DNA from: Rhodospirillaceae bacterium
GTDB taxonomy: Bacteria; Pseudomonadota; Alphaproteobacteria; GCA-2731375
Assembly (NCBI GenBank): GCA_018660265.1
Contig: JABJKS010000084.1
Coordinates: forward strand, 14,036 to 78,035
Reading direction: 5' to 3'
DNA length: 64,000 nucleotides
Below are positions 46,772 through 58,927 of this stretch, one piece after another. How positions within the stretch are numbered: the first letter of the stretch is position 1; the number at the start of each line of letters is the position of its first letter. Under the pieces are notes generated by a model. The model was not told the DNA's origin, made no database searches, and saw only the letters and a list, made by a program, of their open reading frames with translations. Both the position numbers and the translations under genes were made by a program.

Positions 46772-48397
46772 ATGTTACGAACGATCCTACCTTTGCTAAC
46801 CTTGCTTCTGGCCTGCATCACATTGCAGCCTCCGGCCACGGCCCAAACAACGGCCGACCAAACGGGGACCGAATTACTGGACGGCCTCAGGGCGAAAAGC
46901 TTCAAGGCGAAGATTGCGGCGGTTGAGAAACTCGCCGCCGGTGGCGATCCAAAGGTTGCCGCCCCGCTGACCGCCATGCTGGAAGGCCGCCTGCACATTC
47001 GAAAATCCGATCGCGCCCTGGTCATACTGGAAAAGCGCGACGGCAAAAAGTTCTTTGTTGATCCGATCAGTGGCGAAACCCTGGGTGAGGCGAAATCCCG
47101 TTCTTCCAACAAGGTGCGCGTAAATAATCGCCTACGTGGCGTTCTGCGCAGTGCGCTCGGCACCCTGACCCTGTTCAGCAAAGACCCCGACATCCGCCTA
47201 AAAGCGGCCCGGGCCATCTTCAAATCCGCAGACGGCAACAGCCTAACCATCCTGGCAAAAGCATATCTTGACGAAACAGACGATGATGTGCGCGAGGCCC
47301 TGGCCCGCACAGTGGCGGCAACCCGGCTGCGACATGGCAGTGACGACGAAAAAATGGCTGCCGTCAAAATACTCACGGATTTTTCCGATCAAGGCGTTCG
47401 TGACCTTCTTGCCAAGGCCGCACTGAGCGCAAAGGGCGATCTGGCCAAGGCGATCAGCCTGGCGGCGGCCAGCATCGATCAGCGTCTGGCGTTTTTCGGC
47501 GTGCTGCAGAACCTGTTCCAGGGCATCAGCCTCGGCTCCGTCCTCCTGCTCGCCGCCATCGGGCTGGCGATTACCTTTGGCGTTATGGGCGTGATCAACA
47601 TGGCGCATGGCGAAATGGTCATGCTGGGGGCCTACACCACCCACGTTGTCCAGGTCCTGGTGCTACAGCATTTTCCTGATGCGGTAACCCACTCCCTGTT
47701 GTTATCCATTCCCGTTGCGTTCCTGGTCGCCGGTCTGTTTGGCGTCTTTCTGGAACGCAGCGTGATCCGCTTCCTCTATGGCCGGCCGCTGGAAACCCTG
47801 TTGGCGACCTGGGGCTTGAGCCTGATGTTGCAGCAATTCGTCCGCTCCATCTTTGGCCCCACCAACCGGGAGGTTATCGCACCGTCCTGGATGAGCGGCT
47901 CCATCGAGATCACGGGCGGCCTGGTCCTGACCAACAACCGCATTTGCATTATCATATTTGCCGCTGCTGTCTTCCTGACCTTGACCCTGCTGATCCGTTA
48001 TACAGATTTCGGCCTGCGCATGCGCGCCGTAACGCAAAACCGCTCTATGGCCAATGCGGTTGGTATCCGCTCCAACTGGATTGATGCCATGACATTCGGC
48101 CTCGGCTCCGGTGTGGCTGGTTTGGCGGGCGTCGCCTTGAGCCAGATTGACAACGTCAGCCCCAACCTTGGCCAGGGCTATATCATCGACAGTTTCCTGG
48201 TCGTGGTATTCGGCGGCGTGGGTAACCTGTGGGGCACGCTCGTCGGTGCCTTGTCCCTGGGTGTCGCGAACAAGTTCCTGGAACCCTATACGGGCGCGGT
48301 TCTGGCGAAAATTCTGATCCTGGTTCTGGTCATCCTGTTCATTCAAAAACGTCCCCGGGGCCTGTTCGCCCTGAAGGGCCGCGCGGTGGAGAACTAG
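46772..48397 (+). CDS. urtB: Urea ABC transporter permease UrtB with a ~240-aa N-terminal periplasmic alpha-helical (HEAT-like) extension
   Basis: The C-terminal ~300 aa form the canonical LivH/UrtB permease (GVMGVINMAHGE...). The N-terminus has a signal peptide and repeated helical Ala/Leu-rich segments. Confidence 0.85.
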   Translation: MLRTILPLLTLLLACITLQPPATAQTTADQTGTELLDGLRAKSFKAKIAAVEKLAAGGDPKVAAPLTAMLEGRLHIRKSDRALVILEKRDGKKFFVDPISGETLGEAKSRSSNKVRVNNRLRGVLRSALGTLTLFSKDPDIRLKAARAIFKSADGNSLTILAKAYLDETDDDVREALARTVAATRLRHGSDDEKMAAVKILTDFSDQGVRDLLAKAALSAKGDLAKAISLAAASIDQRLAFFGVLQNLFQGISLGSVLLLAAIGLAITFGVMGVINMAHGEMVMLGAYTTHVVQVLVLQHFPDAVTHSLLLSIPVAFLVAGLFGVFLERSVIRFLYGRPLETLLATWGLSLMLQQFVRSIFGPTNREVIAPSWMSGSIEITGGLVLTNNRICIIIFAAAVFLTLTLLIRYTDFGLRMRAVTQNRSMANAVGIRSNWIDAMTFGLGSGVAGLAGVALSQIDNVSPNLGQGYIIDSFLVVVFGGVGNLWGTLVGALSLGVANKFLEPYTGAVLAKILILVLVILFIQKRPRGLFALKGRAVEN

Positions 48398-48398
48398 G

Positions 48399-49508
48399 AT
48401 GGCTAAGTTAACCTTCACAACCCAAAAAACCACATGGCTGTTTGCCGCCGTTCTGGCCGCCATCACAATTGTGGTGCCGATCCTGAATCTTGCCGTGCCG
48501 GAAACCTCTGCCCTGCACGTACCCACCTATATCCTCAGCTTGTTCGGCAAGTATCTTGCCTTTGCCTTGCTGGCGTTGTCCGTGGATCTGATTTGGGGAT
48601 ATTGCGGTATCCTCAGTCTGGGCCACGGCGCTTTCTTTGCCCTGGGTGGTTATGCCATGGGTATGTACCTGATGCGGCAGATCGGCGACCGGGGCGTCTA
48701 CGGCAACCCGGAATTACCGGATTTCATGGTTTTTTTAGACTGGCAGGAACTGCCCTGGTATTGGCTGGGCTTTGATAATTTCTTCTTTGCCATGGCCATG
48801 GTGATGTTGGTGCCAGGTGCGTTGGCCTTCATCTTTGGCTGGTTCGCATTTCGCAGCCGGGTCAGCGGCGTATATCTCTCCATCATCACCCAGGCCATGA
48901 CCTTCGCCCTGATGTTGGCCTTTTTCCGCAACGACATGGGCTTTGGCGGCAACAACGGCCTGACCGATTTTAAGGAAATCCTCGGCTTTGATCTGCGTAG
49001 CCAGGGTACGCGGGCTGGTTTATTCGTGGCCTCCGGCGTCGCGCTTTTAGCGGGTTTTCTGATTTGCCGCGCTATCGTGGCATCGAAACTTGGCAAAATC
49101 CTGGTCGGCATTCGCGATGCGGAAAGCCGGACACGGTTCCTGGGTTATCGGGTGGAACACTACAAATTGTTCGTCTTCACATTATCCGCCGTCATGGCTG
49201 GCGTCGCCGGTGCCCTTTATGTGCCCCAGGTGGGCATCATTAACCCCGGCGAGTTTGCCCCCGGCAACTCCATCGAGATTGTGATCTGGGTGGCCCTGGG
49301 CGGCAGGGGTACATTGATCGGTGCGATTATGGGCGCGATCCTGGTCAATCTGGCGAAAAGCTACCTGACCGCCGCCTTCCCCGAGGTCTGGCTATTTGCC
49401 CTGGGTGGCCTGTTCGTTGCCGTCACATTGTTGCTGCCAAAAGGCGTGGTTGGCGCAGTTGGCATCTGGGGCAACATGGGCGCCAGGGCCCCAGGGGGCA
49501 AGTCATGA
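48399..49508 (+). CDS. urtC: Urea ABC transporter permease UrtC
   Basis: LivM/UrtC permease topology and motifs; translationally coupled to urtB. Confidence 0.9.
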   Translation: MAKLTFTTQKTTWLFAAVLAAITIVVPILNLAVPETSALHVPTYILSLFGKYLAFALLALSVDLIWGYCGILSLGHGAFFALGGYAMGMYLMRQIGDRGVYGNPELPDFMVFLDWQELPWYWLGFDNFFFAMAMVMLVPGALAFIFGWFAFRSRVSGVYLSIITQAMTFALMLAFFRNDMGFGGNNGLTDFKEILGFDLRSQGTRAGLFVASGVALLAGFLICRAIVASKLGKILVGIRDAESRTRFLGYRVEHYKLFVFTLSAVMAGVAGALYVPQVGIINPGEFAPGNSIEIVIWVALGGRGTLIGAIMGAILVNLAKSYLTAAFPEVWLFALGGLFVAVTLLLPKGVVGAVGIWGNMGARAPGGKS

Positions 49509-50242
49509 CGGAGGTACTTTATCTCGACGGCATCTCCGTCAGCTTCGGCGGCTTCAAGGCCCTAAATGATCTAAGCCTGGTTGTCGAACCGGGCGAGATG
49601 CGCGCCATCATCGGCCCCAACGGTGCCGGCAAGACCACCATGATGGATGTCATTACCGGGCGCACCCGGCCCGACAAAGGCACCGCATTGTTCCAGGGTG
49701 GTCATGATCTAACCCGCATGGACGAGGCGGAAATTGCCAATTTGGGCATTGGGCGGAAATTCCAAAAACCCACCGTTTTTGAAAGCCACAGCGTCGAAGA
49801 TAATCTGTTGTTGGCGCAAAAGGCCCCGCGCGGCCCCTTCGCCACCTTGATTGCCAAACTATCGGGCGCACAACAAGACGCAATTGACGAGACTTTGCAG
49901 ACCATCGCCCTGACCGGGGATCGCCACCGCCCGGCCGGCGATCTATCTCATGGCCAAAAGCAATGGTTGGAGATCGGCATGCTGTTGATGCAGCAACCGG
50001 ATCTGTTGTTGGTGGACGAACCCGTCGCCGGCATGACAGATGCGGAAACTGAACAAACCGCTGATTTGCTGCGCCAGATTTCCAAAACCAGATCGGTGGT
50101 GGTGGTGGAGCATGACATGGAATTTGTCCGTGCCCTTGGCACTAAGGTATCCGTGCTTCACGAGGGTTCGGTTTTGTCCGAAGGCCCACTGGATGTGGTG
50201 CAGAACGATGCCAAAGTCATCGAAGTCTATTTGGGGCGCTAG
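49505..50242 (+). CDS. urtD: Urea ABC transporter ATP-binding protein UrtD
   Basis: Walker A GPNGAGKTT, ABC signature LSHGQKQWLEIG, Walker B LLLVDEP. Confidence 0.9.
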   Translation: MTEVLYLDGISVSFGGFKALNDLSLVVEPGEMRAIIGPNGAGKTTMMDVITGRTRPDKGTALFQGGHDLTRMDEAEIANLGIGRKFQKPTVFESHSVEDNLLLAQKAPRGPFATLIAKLSGAQQDAIDETLQTIALTGDRHRPAGDLSHGQKQWLEIGMLLMQQPDLLLVDEPVAGMTDAETEQTADLLRQISKTRSVVVVEHDMEFVRALGTKVSVLHEGSVLSEGPLDVVQNDAKVIEVYLGR

Positions 50243-50245
50243 GAC

Positions 50246-50941
50246 ATGCTGAAGGTAGACAACATTGATCTTTTCTATGGTGCCTCCCAGGCCCTGCGCA
50301 AAGTATCGCTGACCGCCAAACCTGGTGAGGTGACGTGCGTACTGGGCCGCAACGGCGTTGGCAAAACATCTCTGTTGCGCGCCATCGTCGGGCAACAAGC
50401 CATTGGCGGCGGCGCAATTGAATGGGAGGACAAGGACATCTCCAAAACTCCCAGTCATGCCAGGGCCCGGGCGGGCATCGCCTATGTGCCCCAGGGGCGT
50501 GAGATTTTTCCATTTCTGACGGTGGATGAGAATTTACGTTCCGGCTTTGCCGCCCTGCCCCGTAGCGAGCGTCGTTTACCGCCTGAAACGTTTAAGCTGT
50601 TTCCCGTGTTGAAGGATATGCTGGGCCGACAGGGTGGTGATCTGTCGGGCGGACAGCAACAGCAATTGGCCATCGCCCGGGCGCTTGCCATGCAGCCGCG
50701 CCTGTTGGTGCTGGATGAGCCGACCGAGGGCATTCAGCCCTCCATCATCAAGGACATTCAGCGCATCATTGCCCTGTTGCGTGATCGTGGCGATATGGCC
50801 ATTGTGCTGGTGGAGCAGTATTTCGAATTCGCCCGGGACCTGGCCGACAGTTACATCGTCATGGATCGGGGAGAAGTGGTGCTGTCGGGGCAACGATCAG
50901 AAATGGTTGAAACAGATGTACGCCAGTATCTCACGGTCTGA
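50246..50941 (+). CDS. urtE: Urea ABC transporter ATP-binding protein UrtE
   Basis: Walker A GRNGVGKTS, signature LSGGQQQQLAIAR, Walker B LLVLDEP. Confidence 0.9.
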   Translation: MLKVDNIDLFYGASQALRKVSLTAKPGEVTCVLGRNGVGKTSLLRAIVGQQAIGGGAIEWEDKDISKTPSHARARAGIAYVPQGREIFPFLTVDENLRSGFAALPRSERRLPPETFKLFPVLKDMLGRQGGDLSGGQQQQLAIARALAMQPRLLVLDEPTEGIQPSIIKDIQRIIALLRDRGDMAIVLVEQYFEFARDLADSYIVMDRGEVVLSGQRSEMVETDVRQYLTV

Positions 50942-50942
50942 G

Positions 50943-51764
50943 ATGCAGCCCAAATTACAACGCCTCTCGGGTGCTGCGCGGGTTGGTTTTTCCGGGCCCG
51001 AAAGCGGCCTGACAGAGCTGTACCAAAGCAACCCCTGCCGGGTTTTGCTGCCCCGACATGGCGATGGCCCGGTTGAGGCCGTCTTGCTGAACACCGCCGG
51101 CGGCATCACCGATGGCGATGAATTAGGCTATTCGATCCAGGCAACAAACGGTGCCCATGTCCTTGCCACCACCCAGGCGGCAGAAAAAGTCTACCAATCC
51201 CGTGGTGACGATGCCGAGGTTCACTGCCACCTGCACCTGGAAGATAACGCGACATTGGAATGGCTGCCCCAGGAAACCATTCTGTTTGATCGCGCCGCCC
51301 TGGCCCGCAAAACCGACATCGTAATGGACGGCAACAGCCGCCTGCTGGCCATGGATTGGCTTTTGCTGGGACGCCTCGCCAGGGGCGAGACATTGCAGGC
51401 GGCCTCTGTGCATGATCGATGGCGGCTGCGCCGGGATGGTCGGCTGATCTGGGCCGATGATTTCCGACTGACGGGCGACATTGAAAGCCTGCGCCAGCGC
51501 CCAGCGCTATTGGCCGGGGCCCGCGCCATGGCGACGTTGATATATGCCGCACCGGACGCCGGGGCGCAGGTAAAAACCGCCAAGCGTCTGATTGAAAATT
51601 GCCAGGGCCGGGCCGGCGTCAGCGACCGGCCGGGGTTGTTGCTGTGCCGCTTCATGGCCCGTGACGGTCTAACCTTGCGGCGGGATGTGGAAGGGTTTCT
51701 ATCGCCTTTTCGGGCCGCAATTCATGGCCGGACCCTACCCTTACCCCGGGTCTGGTCCTGTTAA
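50943..51764 (+). CDS. ureD: Urease accessory protein UreD/UreH
   Basis: UreD-family sequence. The start is assigned to the ATG 1 nt after the urtE stop (an alternative ATG at 50916 overlaps urtE). The 376-aa ORF in the track is this frame extended 5' across urtE. Confidence 0.8.
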   Translation: MQPKLQRLSGAARVGFSGPESGLTELYQSNPCRVLLPRHGDGPVEAVLLNTAGGITDGDELGYSIQATNGAHVLATTQAAEKVYQSRGDDAEVHCHLHLEDNATLEWLPQETILFDRAALARKTDIVMDGNSRLLAMDWLLLGRLARGETLQAASVHDRWRLRRDGRLIWADDFRLTGDIESLRQRPALLAGARAMATLIYAAPDAGAQVKTAKRLIENCQGRAGVSDRPGLLLCRFMARDGLTLRRDVEGFLSPFRAAIHGRTLPLPRVWSC

Positions 51765-51790
51765 GTTTTAGCTATTGAGGAGGACAATGC

Positions 51791-52093
51791 ATGTTCCTAA
51801 CACCACGGGAAAAAGACAAATTGATGATTGCCACCGCGGCCATGGTGGCGCGCAACCGCTTGGCCCGCGGCGTTATCCTGAACTATCCCGAAGCCGTCGC
51901 CCTGATCACGGATTTCGTCGTGGAAGGCGCCCGCGATGGACGCACCGTCGCCGATCTGATGGCCGCAGGGGCCGGGGTCATCAGCAAGGATCAGGTCATG
52001 GAGGGCATCGCGGAGATGCTGCCCGACGTGCAGGTTGAAGCTACTTTCCCCGACGGGACCAAGCTGGTCACTGTCCACCATCCCATTCGTTGA
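51791..52093 (+). CDS. ureA: Urease gamma subunit UreA
   Basis: [35 protein letters not shown] is near-canonical UreA. Confidence 0.9.
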   Translation: MFLTPREKDKLMIATAAMVARNRLARGVILNYPEAVALITDFVVEGARDGRTVADLMAAGAGVISKDQVMEGIAEMLPDVQVEATFPDGTKLVTVHHPIR

Positions 52094-52104
52094 GGCACAT
52101 GACC

Positions 52105-52422
52105 ATGATCCCCGGAGAGATAATTCCCAAAGACGGCGAGCTGACCCTGAACCAGGGCCAGGACGTCATCACGTTGACCATTGCCAATAAAGGCGACCGC
52201 CCCGTGCAAGTGGGCAGCCATTACCATTTCAGCGAAACCAACGCCGAGCTGGATTTTGACCGGGCGGCAGCACGCGGCCGCCGCCTGGATATTCCCGCCG
52301 GCACAGCGATCCGCTTCGAACCGGGGCAAAGCCGTGAAGTGCCCCTGGTGGCCTATCGGGGCGGGCGCGTTGTGCACGGATTTAATGGTGCCGTCGCAGG
52401 CCCGCTTGAAGAGGAGGGCTAG
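52105..52422 (+). CDS. ureB: Urease beta subunit UreB
   Basis: [18 protein letters not shown]...[14 protein letters not shown] is canonical UreB. The start is assigned to MIPGE (the ORF frame is open from 52090). Confidence 0.85.
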   Translation: MIPGEIIPKDGELTLNQGQDVITLTIANKGDRPVQVGSHYHFSETNAELDFDRAAARGRRLDIPAGTAIRFEPGQSREVPLVAYRGGRVVHGFNGAVAGPLEEEG

Positions 52423-52425
52423 ATC

Positions 52426-54132
<1,707 letters not shown>

Positions 54133-54142
54133 GGAGGCTTCC

Positions 54143-54604
54143 ATGGAACGCGCAATCGCACATTTCTCTGCCAATCATTGGCCGGCTGAGCGGGCGGCGG
54201 ACGGCGTCACCTTGGCATTCGACGACCGCCATCGCCGCCGCATCCGTCTAACTACGGACGGGGGGGAAGCGATCCTGTTGGATCTGCCAAAGGCCAAGGC
54301 CATGGCGCACGGCGACGGCCTGCAAATCGATGATGGCCGCTGGTTGGAAGTCCGCGCGGCGCCGGAGCCTTTGTTGGAAATTCGGTGCGCCACGCACCTG
54401 GCCCTCATGCGCATGGCCTGGCATTTGGGCAATCGGCACTTGCCCACGGATCTGACGGATGAGCGCCTGCGCATTCGCCCCGACCATGTGATCGAGGCCA
54501 TGGTCTTGGGCATGGGCGGTCAGGTTGAACATATCGTGGCACCCTTTCAGCCCGAAGGCGGTGCCTATGACGAAGACAATAGCGGCCACAGCCATGACCA
54601 CTGA
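54143..54604 (+). CDS. ureE: Urease accessory protein UreE (His-rich C-terminus)
   Basis: UreE fold and the C-terminal HSHDH metal-binding tail. Confidence 0.8.
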   Translation: MERAIAHFSANHWPAERAADGVTLAFDDRHRRRIRLTTDGGEAILLDLPKAKAMAHGDGLQIDDGRWLEVRAAPEPLLEIRCATHLALMRMAWHLGNRHLPTDLTDERLRIRPDHVIEAMVLGMGGQVEHIVAPFQPEGGAYDEDNSGHSHDH

Positions 54605-55277
54605 CCCGACTAACCTGTTGCGCCTGCAAAGCTGGCTTTCACCCGCCTTCCCCATTGGTGCGTTCAGTTACTCCCACGGTCTGGAGTACGCGGTAGAGGC
54701 GGGCCTGGTGCATGACCGGGACAGTCTGATCGATTGGCTGGACGGGGATTTACGATTTGGCAGTGGCCGTAACGAGGCGATATTTCTGGTCCTGGCCCTC
54801 AAGTCGGAAGGCGAAGCCTTTCTGGAGATCGCCGAACTAGCGGAAGCCTCTGCCGCCAGCAAGGAATTGGCCTTGGAAGGTTTGTCCCAGGGTCAGGCAT
54901 TTTTATTGACGATACAGCGCGCCTGGCCGAACGAGGCCTTAACGGCCGGTGCGGATCTATTGAACAAGTCCGGCATTACGCCAACCCAGGCCATTGCCAC
55001 TGCGCTCGTCTGTCGGGTCCATGGCATCGACCCTACGGATACCCTGCATCTATATCTGCAAGCCTGGTCAGCAAATTTAATCAACGCAGCCGTGCGCCTG
55101 GTCCCATTGGGGCAGACTGATGGTCAACTGGCTCAGGCTGCATTGGAAGCGGCCATTATCGCCACGGCGTCGGCAGCCAACGATGCGACCTTGGACGATA
55201 TAGGTTCTGCCGCCCTGATGGTGGACTGGGCCAGCATGCAACACGAAAACCAATACACGAGGTTGTTTCGATCATGA
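54594..55277 (+). CDS. ureF: Urease accessory protein UreF
   Basis: [24 protein letters not shown] is a typical UreF N-terminus. The start at 54594 overlaps ureE by 11 nt. Confidence 0.8.
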   Translation: MTTDPTNLLRLQSWLSPAFPIGAFSYSHGLEYAVEAGLVHDRDSLIDWLDGDLRFGSGRNEAIFLVLALKSEGEAFLEIAELAEASAASKELALEGLSQGQAFLLTIQRAWPNEALTAGADLLNKSGITPTQAIATALVCRVHGIDPTDTLHLYLQAWSANLINAAVRLVPLGQTDGQLAQAALEAAIIATASAANDATLDDIGSAALMVDWASMQHENQYTRLFRS

Positions 55278-55936
55278 GCACGAACACACAATCAATACAG
55301 CACGATCACGGCCCCCATCACGGCCCCTTACGTGTCGGCGTCGGTGGCCCGGTTGGCTCCGGCAAAACGGCATTGTTGGAAGCCCTTTGCCGGCGTATGA
55401 GCGACGAGCGGGATATCGTCGTCATCACCAATGATATCTATACCAAGGAGGATCAACAGATCCTGACCCGCTCGGGCGCTTTACCGGCGGAGCGGATTAT
55501 GGGCGTGGAAACCGGCGGCTGCCCCCATACGGCGATCCGAGAAGATGCTTCCATCAATTTGGCCGCAGTGGCGGAGATGAGTGGAAAATTCCCCGAGGCC
55601 GAGATTTGCCTGATCGAGTCCGGTGGCGATAACCTGGCCGCGACCTTCAGCCCGGAACTGGCGGATCTGACCATCTATGTTATTGACGTTGCCGCCGGCG
55701 AAAAAATTCCCCGCAAGGGCGGCCCCGGCATTACCCGATCAGATCTGTTGGTAATCAACAAGATTGACCTCGCACCAATGGTAGGCGCGAATTTGGACAT
55801 TATGCGCAGCGATACGGAGCGTATGCGCGGGGAGCGTCCATTTATCTTCACCAACCTAAAAACCCATGAAGGCCTGGACGTCGTCGTCGACTTCATCACA
55901 GAGGCTGGGGGCCTCACCCTTCTTCAGGCGGACTAA
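55274..55936 (+). CDS. ureG: Urease accessory GTPase UreG
   Basis: His-rich N-terminus, P-loop GPVGSGKT and the CPH metal motif (GGCPHTA). Confidence 0.9.
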   Translation: MSTNTQSIQHDHGPHHGPLRVGVGGPVGSGKTALLEALCRRMSDERDIVVITNDIYTKEDQQILTRSGALPAERIMGVETGGCPHTAIREDASINLAAVAEMSGKFPEAEICLIESGGDNLAATFSPELADLTIYVIDVAAGEKIPRKGGPGITRSDLLVINKIDLAPMVGANLDIMRSDTERMRGERPFIFTNLKTHEGLDVVVDFITEAGGLTLLQAD

Positions 55937-56163
55937 GCACCCATTAACCCGGCCTAGTTCATTGATATTGACCTTTCCCCTTTGATGCCTAAATTGGGGT
56001 CAGGGGTGAGATGCGCGGTCTCTTTACGTCATTGTCAGGCTTGACCCGGCAACCCAGGGCAACAAACTTTGCCGTTCGCATCCCTGGATTCGCGGGTCTT
56101 CGCTATGCTTCGCCCGAGAATGACGGAGTATTGTGTCGTCGAAATTGGGACAGGGATAGGATC

Positions 56164-56826
56164 ATGAACAAGCCACCAAAGTTGGATACGGAAGCAAACC
56201 TGGCGGAAACCCTGGCGGCTGAGCGTCAGGCAGCGCTTGCCCGCCGTCCCAGCCGGGCGGAGGCAGAGGACGCCATACGCACCTTGATCCGCTGGACCGG
56301 TGATGATCCGATGCGTGAAGGCCTGTTGGGCACGCCGGAGCGGGTGGCGCGGGCGTACGAGGAATATTTCGCCGGCTACCATGATGACCCCGTGGAAATC
56401 CTGCAACGCACCTTTGAAGAAGTTGAAGGCTATGACGAAATGGTCCTGCTGCGGGATATCCGTTTCGAAAGCCATTGCGAACATCACATGGCACCCATAT
56501 TGGGCCGGGCCCATATTGCCTATTTGCCCGACCACCGGGTCGTGGGCATTTCCAAACTGGCCCGTCTGGTGGAAGTCTTTGCCAAACGCCTGCAAATCCA
56601 GGAAAAAATGACGGCGCAAATTGCCAACACCATTCAACAGGTCCTCCAACCCCTGGGCGTGGCCGTGGTGATTGAGGCCTCGCACCAATGCATGACCACC
56701 CGTGGCGTGCACAAACCGGGTGCGGCGTTGGCGACTTCCCGCATGTTGGGGGCGTTCCGGGAAAGCGCCTCGACGCGCCGGGAATTCCTCGCCATGATCC
56801 GGGGCAGCGGCAACCTCGACGATTAG
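56164..56826 (+). CDS. folE: GTP cyclohydrolase I (FolE type I)
   Basis: Zn/active-site motifs SHCEHHM and HQCM...RG. The start at MNKPPK gives a 220-aa protein. Confidence 0.9.
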   Translation: MNKPPKLDTEANLAETLAAERQAALARRPSRAEAEDAIRTLIRWTGDDPMREGLLGTPERVARAYEEYFAGYHDDPVEILQRTFEEVEGYDEMVLLRDIRFESHCEHHMAPILGRAHIAYLPDHRVVGISKLARLVEVFAKRLQIQEKMTAQIANTIQQVLQPLGVAVVIEASHQCMTTRGVHKPGAALATSRMLGAFRESASTRREFLAMIRGSGNLDD

Positions 56827-56840
56827 GGGCGACGACTAGC

Positions 56841-57881
56841 TTATAGGGCGATGTAGCACCCTTCGGCGGAGGAGCGGTAGACGGCCTCTTCAATCTTCAG
56901 GTTCCGCAAATAGTCCCGCGCTGTATTCTCCAACGGTGCGCCTTGCGTCAAATGTGCCAGAACGTGTTTTTGCAAGGCATAGACACTGTCGCCGGCAAAG
57001 CCCTGATCCTGCCAGACATAATCATGCACCGCCTCTGCGCCGCCATGAGGTTTCCAGTACAATCCGCCACTGCCATCCAGTCGCAGAACACCGGCGGAAC
57101 CCTCCAGCCACATCTCGCCCATGGTCAGGCGGGTGTTTTCGGCCACATGATCGTTCAGGCGGTTACCGTCGAACAGTCCAGTACGCTGGCCTTTGAAATC
57201 AAACATGATGACGCCGCCATCTTCGCCGGCGATGTGGGGGTTCAGGCGGCGCAGGCGGGCCATAACGCCCGTGACCTCGCCAAGAAGATAGCGAAAGGTA
57301 TCAATAAAATGGATGGCGGTTTCATGTACTAAAAACCGCTCCATCGTTTGGAAATAGGGTTGGCGACCCAGATAAGCCTCTGCCCCTTGGCCATCGCCCG
57401 GACGCAGACGAAAGGCAACGCCGTGCAGATCGCCCAGATGACGGGCTTTGATCAGGCGCGCCATTTCCCGGTACCAGGGCTGAAAACGAAAATTCTCGTG
57501 CACCACCAACAGACTGCCGGCCTGTTCCGCCATCTCAACGACCCGTACCGCTTCGTCATAGGTGGGCGCCAACGGTTTCTGGCAGATCGCCGGCAGACCC
57601 CGTGCCGCAACCGACCCGACCAATTCCAGGTGAGAGGCCGGCGGCGTGGCGATGTCCACCAGATCAGGCCTCGCCTCATCCAACATGGCCTCAACATTTG
57701 TGAAGGCTTTCGCGCCGTGGCTCGACGATGCTACCGCTGCCCTGTTGCCGTCCTGATCGGCTATGGCGACCAACTCTGCGCCCGGCAGGCGGGCCCAGGC
57801 GTCATGGTGAAACTGCGCAAAGTAGCCTGCGCCAATGACGGCGACCTTCAAAGGGCGATCACTCACAAACGAACATTCCAA
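56841..57881 (-). CDS. Gfo/Idh/MocA family NAD(P)-dependent oxidoreductase
   Basis: N-terminal Rossmann motif KVAVIGAGYFAQ and the EKP-like catalytic region (ICQKPLA). Confidence 0.8.
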   Translation of the reverse strand: MECSFVSDRPLKVAVIGAGYFAQFHHDAWARLPGAELVAIADQDGNRAAVASSSHGAKAFTNVEAMLDEARPDLVDIATPPASHLELVGSVAARGLPAICQKPLAPTYDEAVRVVEMAEQAGSLLVVHENFRFQPWYREMARLIKARHLGDLHGVAFRLRPGDGQGAEAYLGRQPYFQTMERFLVHETAIHFIDTFRYLLGEVTGVMARLRRLNPHIAGEDGGVIMFDFKGQRTGLFDGNRLNDHVAENTRLTMGEMWLEGSAGVLRLDGSGGLYWKPHGGAEAVHDYVWQDQGFAGDSVYALQKHVLAHLTQGAPLENTARDYLRNLKIEEAVYRSSAEGCYIAL

Positions 57882-58849
57882 TGGGACGGGGTGAAGCCAG
57901 GCACCGGGCTTTCGAAAGTATAGAGCTTGTTGTCCAGTAGATTACCCAGATAGGCCGTACGCCTGTCCGGGCCGCCAAACGCGATGGACGAGATGCTTTG
58001 CATCACCTCTGTCTCGATATTATCCATGTGTGATCGGTCCATTTCGCCGGCCAGGAAAGCTTTTTCGATGAACTCCAATTGCGCCGGGTCGTTCTCCTCA
58101 ATGACCACATGTTGCTGGCGGTCAGGGGTCACCCGGATGACACGGTTGGATACGACGGAGGTCATCCAAAATGCACCTTCCTCGTCAAAAGCCAGGCCAT
58201 CCGGATAGGTGCCATGGCCATATTCCACAAAGGTCTCGTGCGCGCCCAATCCATCACCCTCGCCAATGCGATAGCGCGACGTACGCCGGGCCATGGTCTC
58301 GTTCACGTATAACCAATCCCCTGTGGGATCGACGATAGCTTCATTGGTATAGCCGATATCATCAGCCACGATACGGGGGCCCTTGTCATCGATCAGAACG
58401 ATGAAACCATCCGCCACATCGGGGCGATAGGCCAGGGCACGGGGATCATGACGGGTGGAGAAGGTAATCCAGATGCGTTGATCATGATCGACGCCGACGA
58501 AATTCGCCGATGGCAATTTTTCGCCATTCAATTCCACCAACAGCGGGCGCACATCGCCGTTTCGAGACAGCCGCCAGGCACCACCCCCCTCGCCATGCAG
58601 ATCGGCGGCCAGGAAATCGCCGTCCTTGGTCAGGGCAAAGCCGTTGGTGGCGACGGGGGGCAGGCCATCAGCCCGTTGACCCAGAATGTCCCGGCGTGAA
58701 CCATCAGGCGCGATGACACTGACACCGCCCTCCCAATGTGAGGTGATGACCGTGCCGTCCGCCAGGCACAGAACGCATTCCGGCCTGGTTAGTCCGGCAC
58801 CATAAGTGCCCAGATCTCCCGGTGTCAGGTGAAATTTATCCGTCGCCAT
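57863..58849 (-). CDS. SMP-30/gluconolactonase/LRE family protein
   Basis: Six-bladed beta-propeller lactonase signatures (NGFAL, DG, PDGLAFD). It overlaps the downstream oxidoreductase start by ~19 nt. Confidence 0.7.
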   Translation of the reverse strand: MATDKFHLTPGDLGTYGAGLTRPECVLCLADGTVITSHWEGGVSVIAPDGSRRDILGQRADGLPPVATNGFALTKDGDFLAADLHGEGGGAWRLSRNGDVRPLLVELNGEKLPSANFVGVDHDQRIWITFSTRHDPRALAYRPDVADGFIVLIDDKGPRIVADDIGYTNEAIVDPTGDWLYVNETMARRTSRYRIGEGDGLGAHETFVEYGHGTYPDGLAFDEEGAFWMTSVVSNRVIRVTPDRQQHVVIEENDPAQLEFIEKAFLAGEMDRSHMDNIETEVMQSISSIAFGGPDRRTAYLGNLLDNKLYTFESPVPGFTPSHWNVRL

Positions 58850-58927
58850 GTCACAGTTACCTCCCATGCTTATCCAGGTTATTATAGTGGGCGAGTATCC
58901 CCTTCATAGTAAAGGTTCCCCGGCGCC

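Noticed and set aside
50634-50942. N-terminal 103 codons of the 376-aa ORF 50634..51764
   Set aside because: This stretch overlaps urtE in another frame and has no UreD similarity. The genuine ureD most plausibly begins at the ATG at 50943, 1 nt after the urtE stop.
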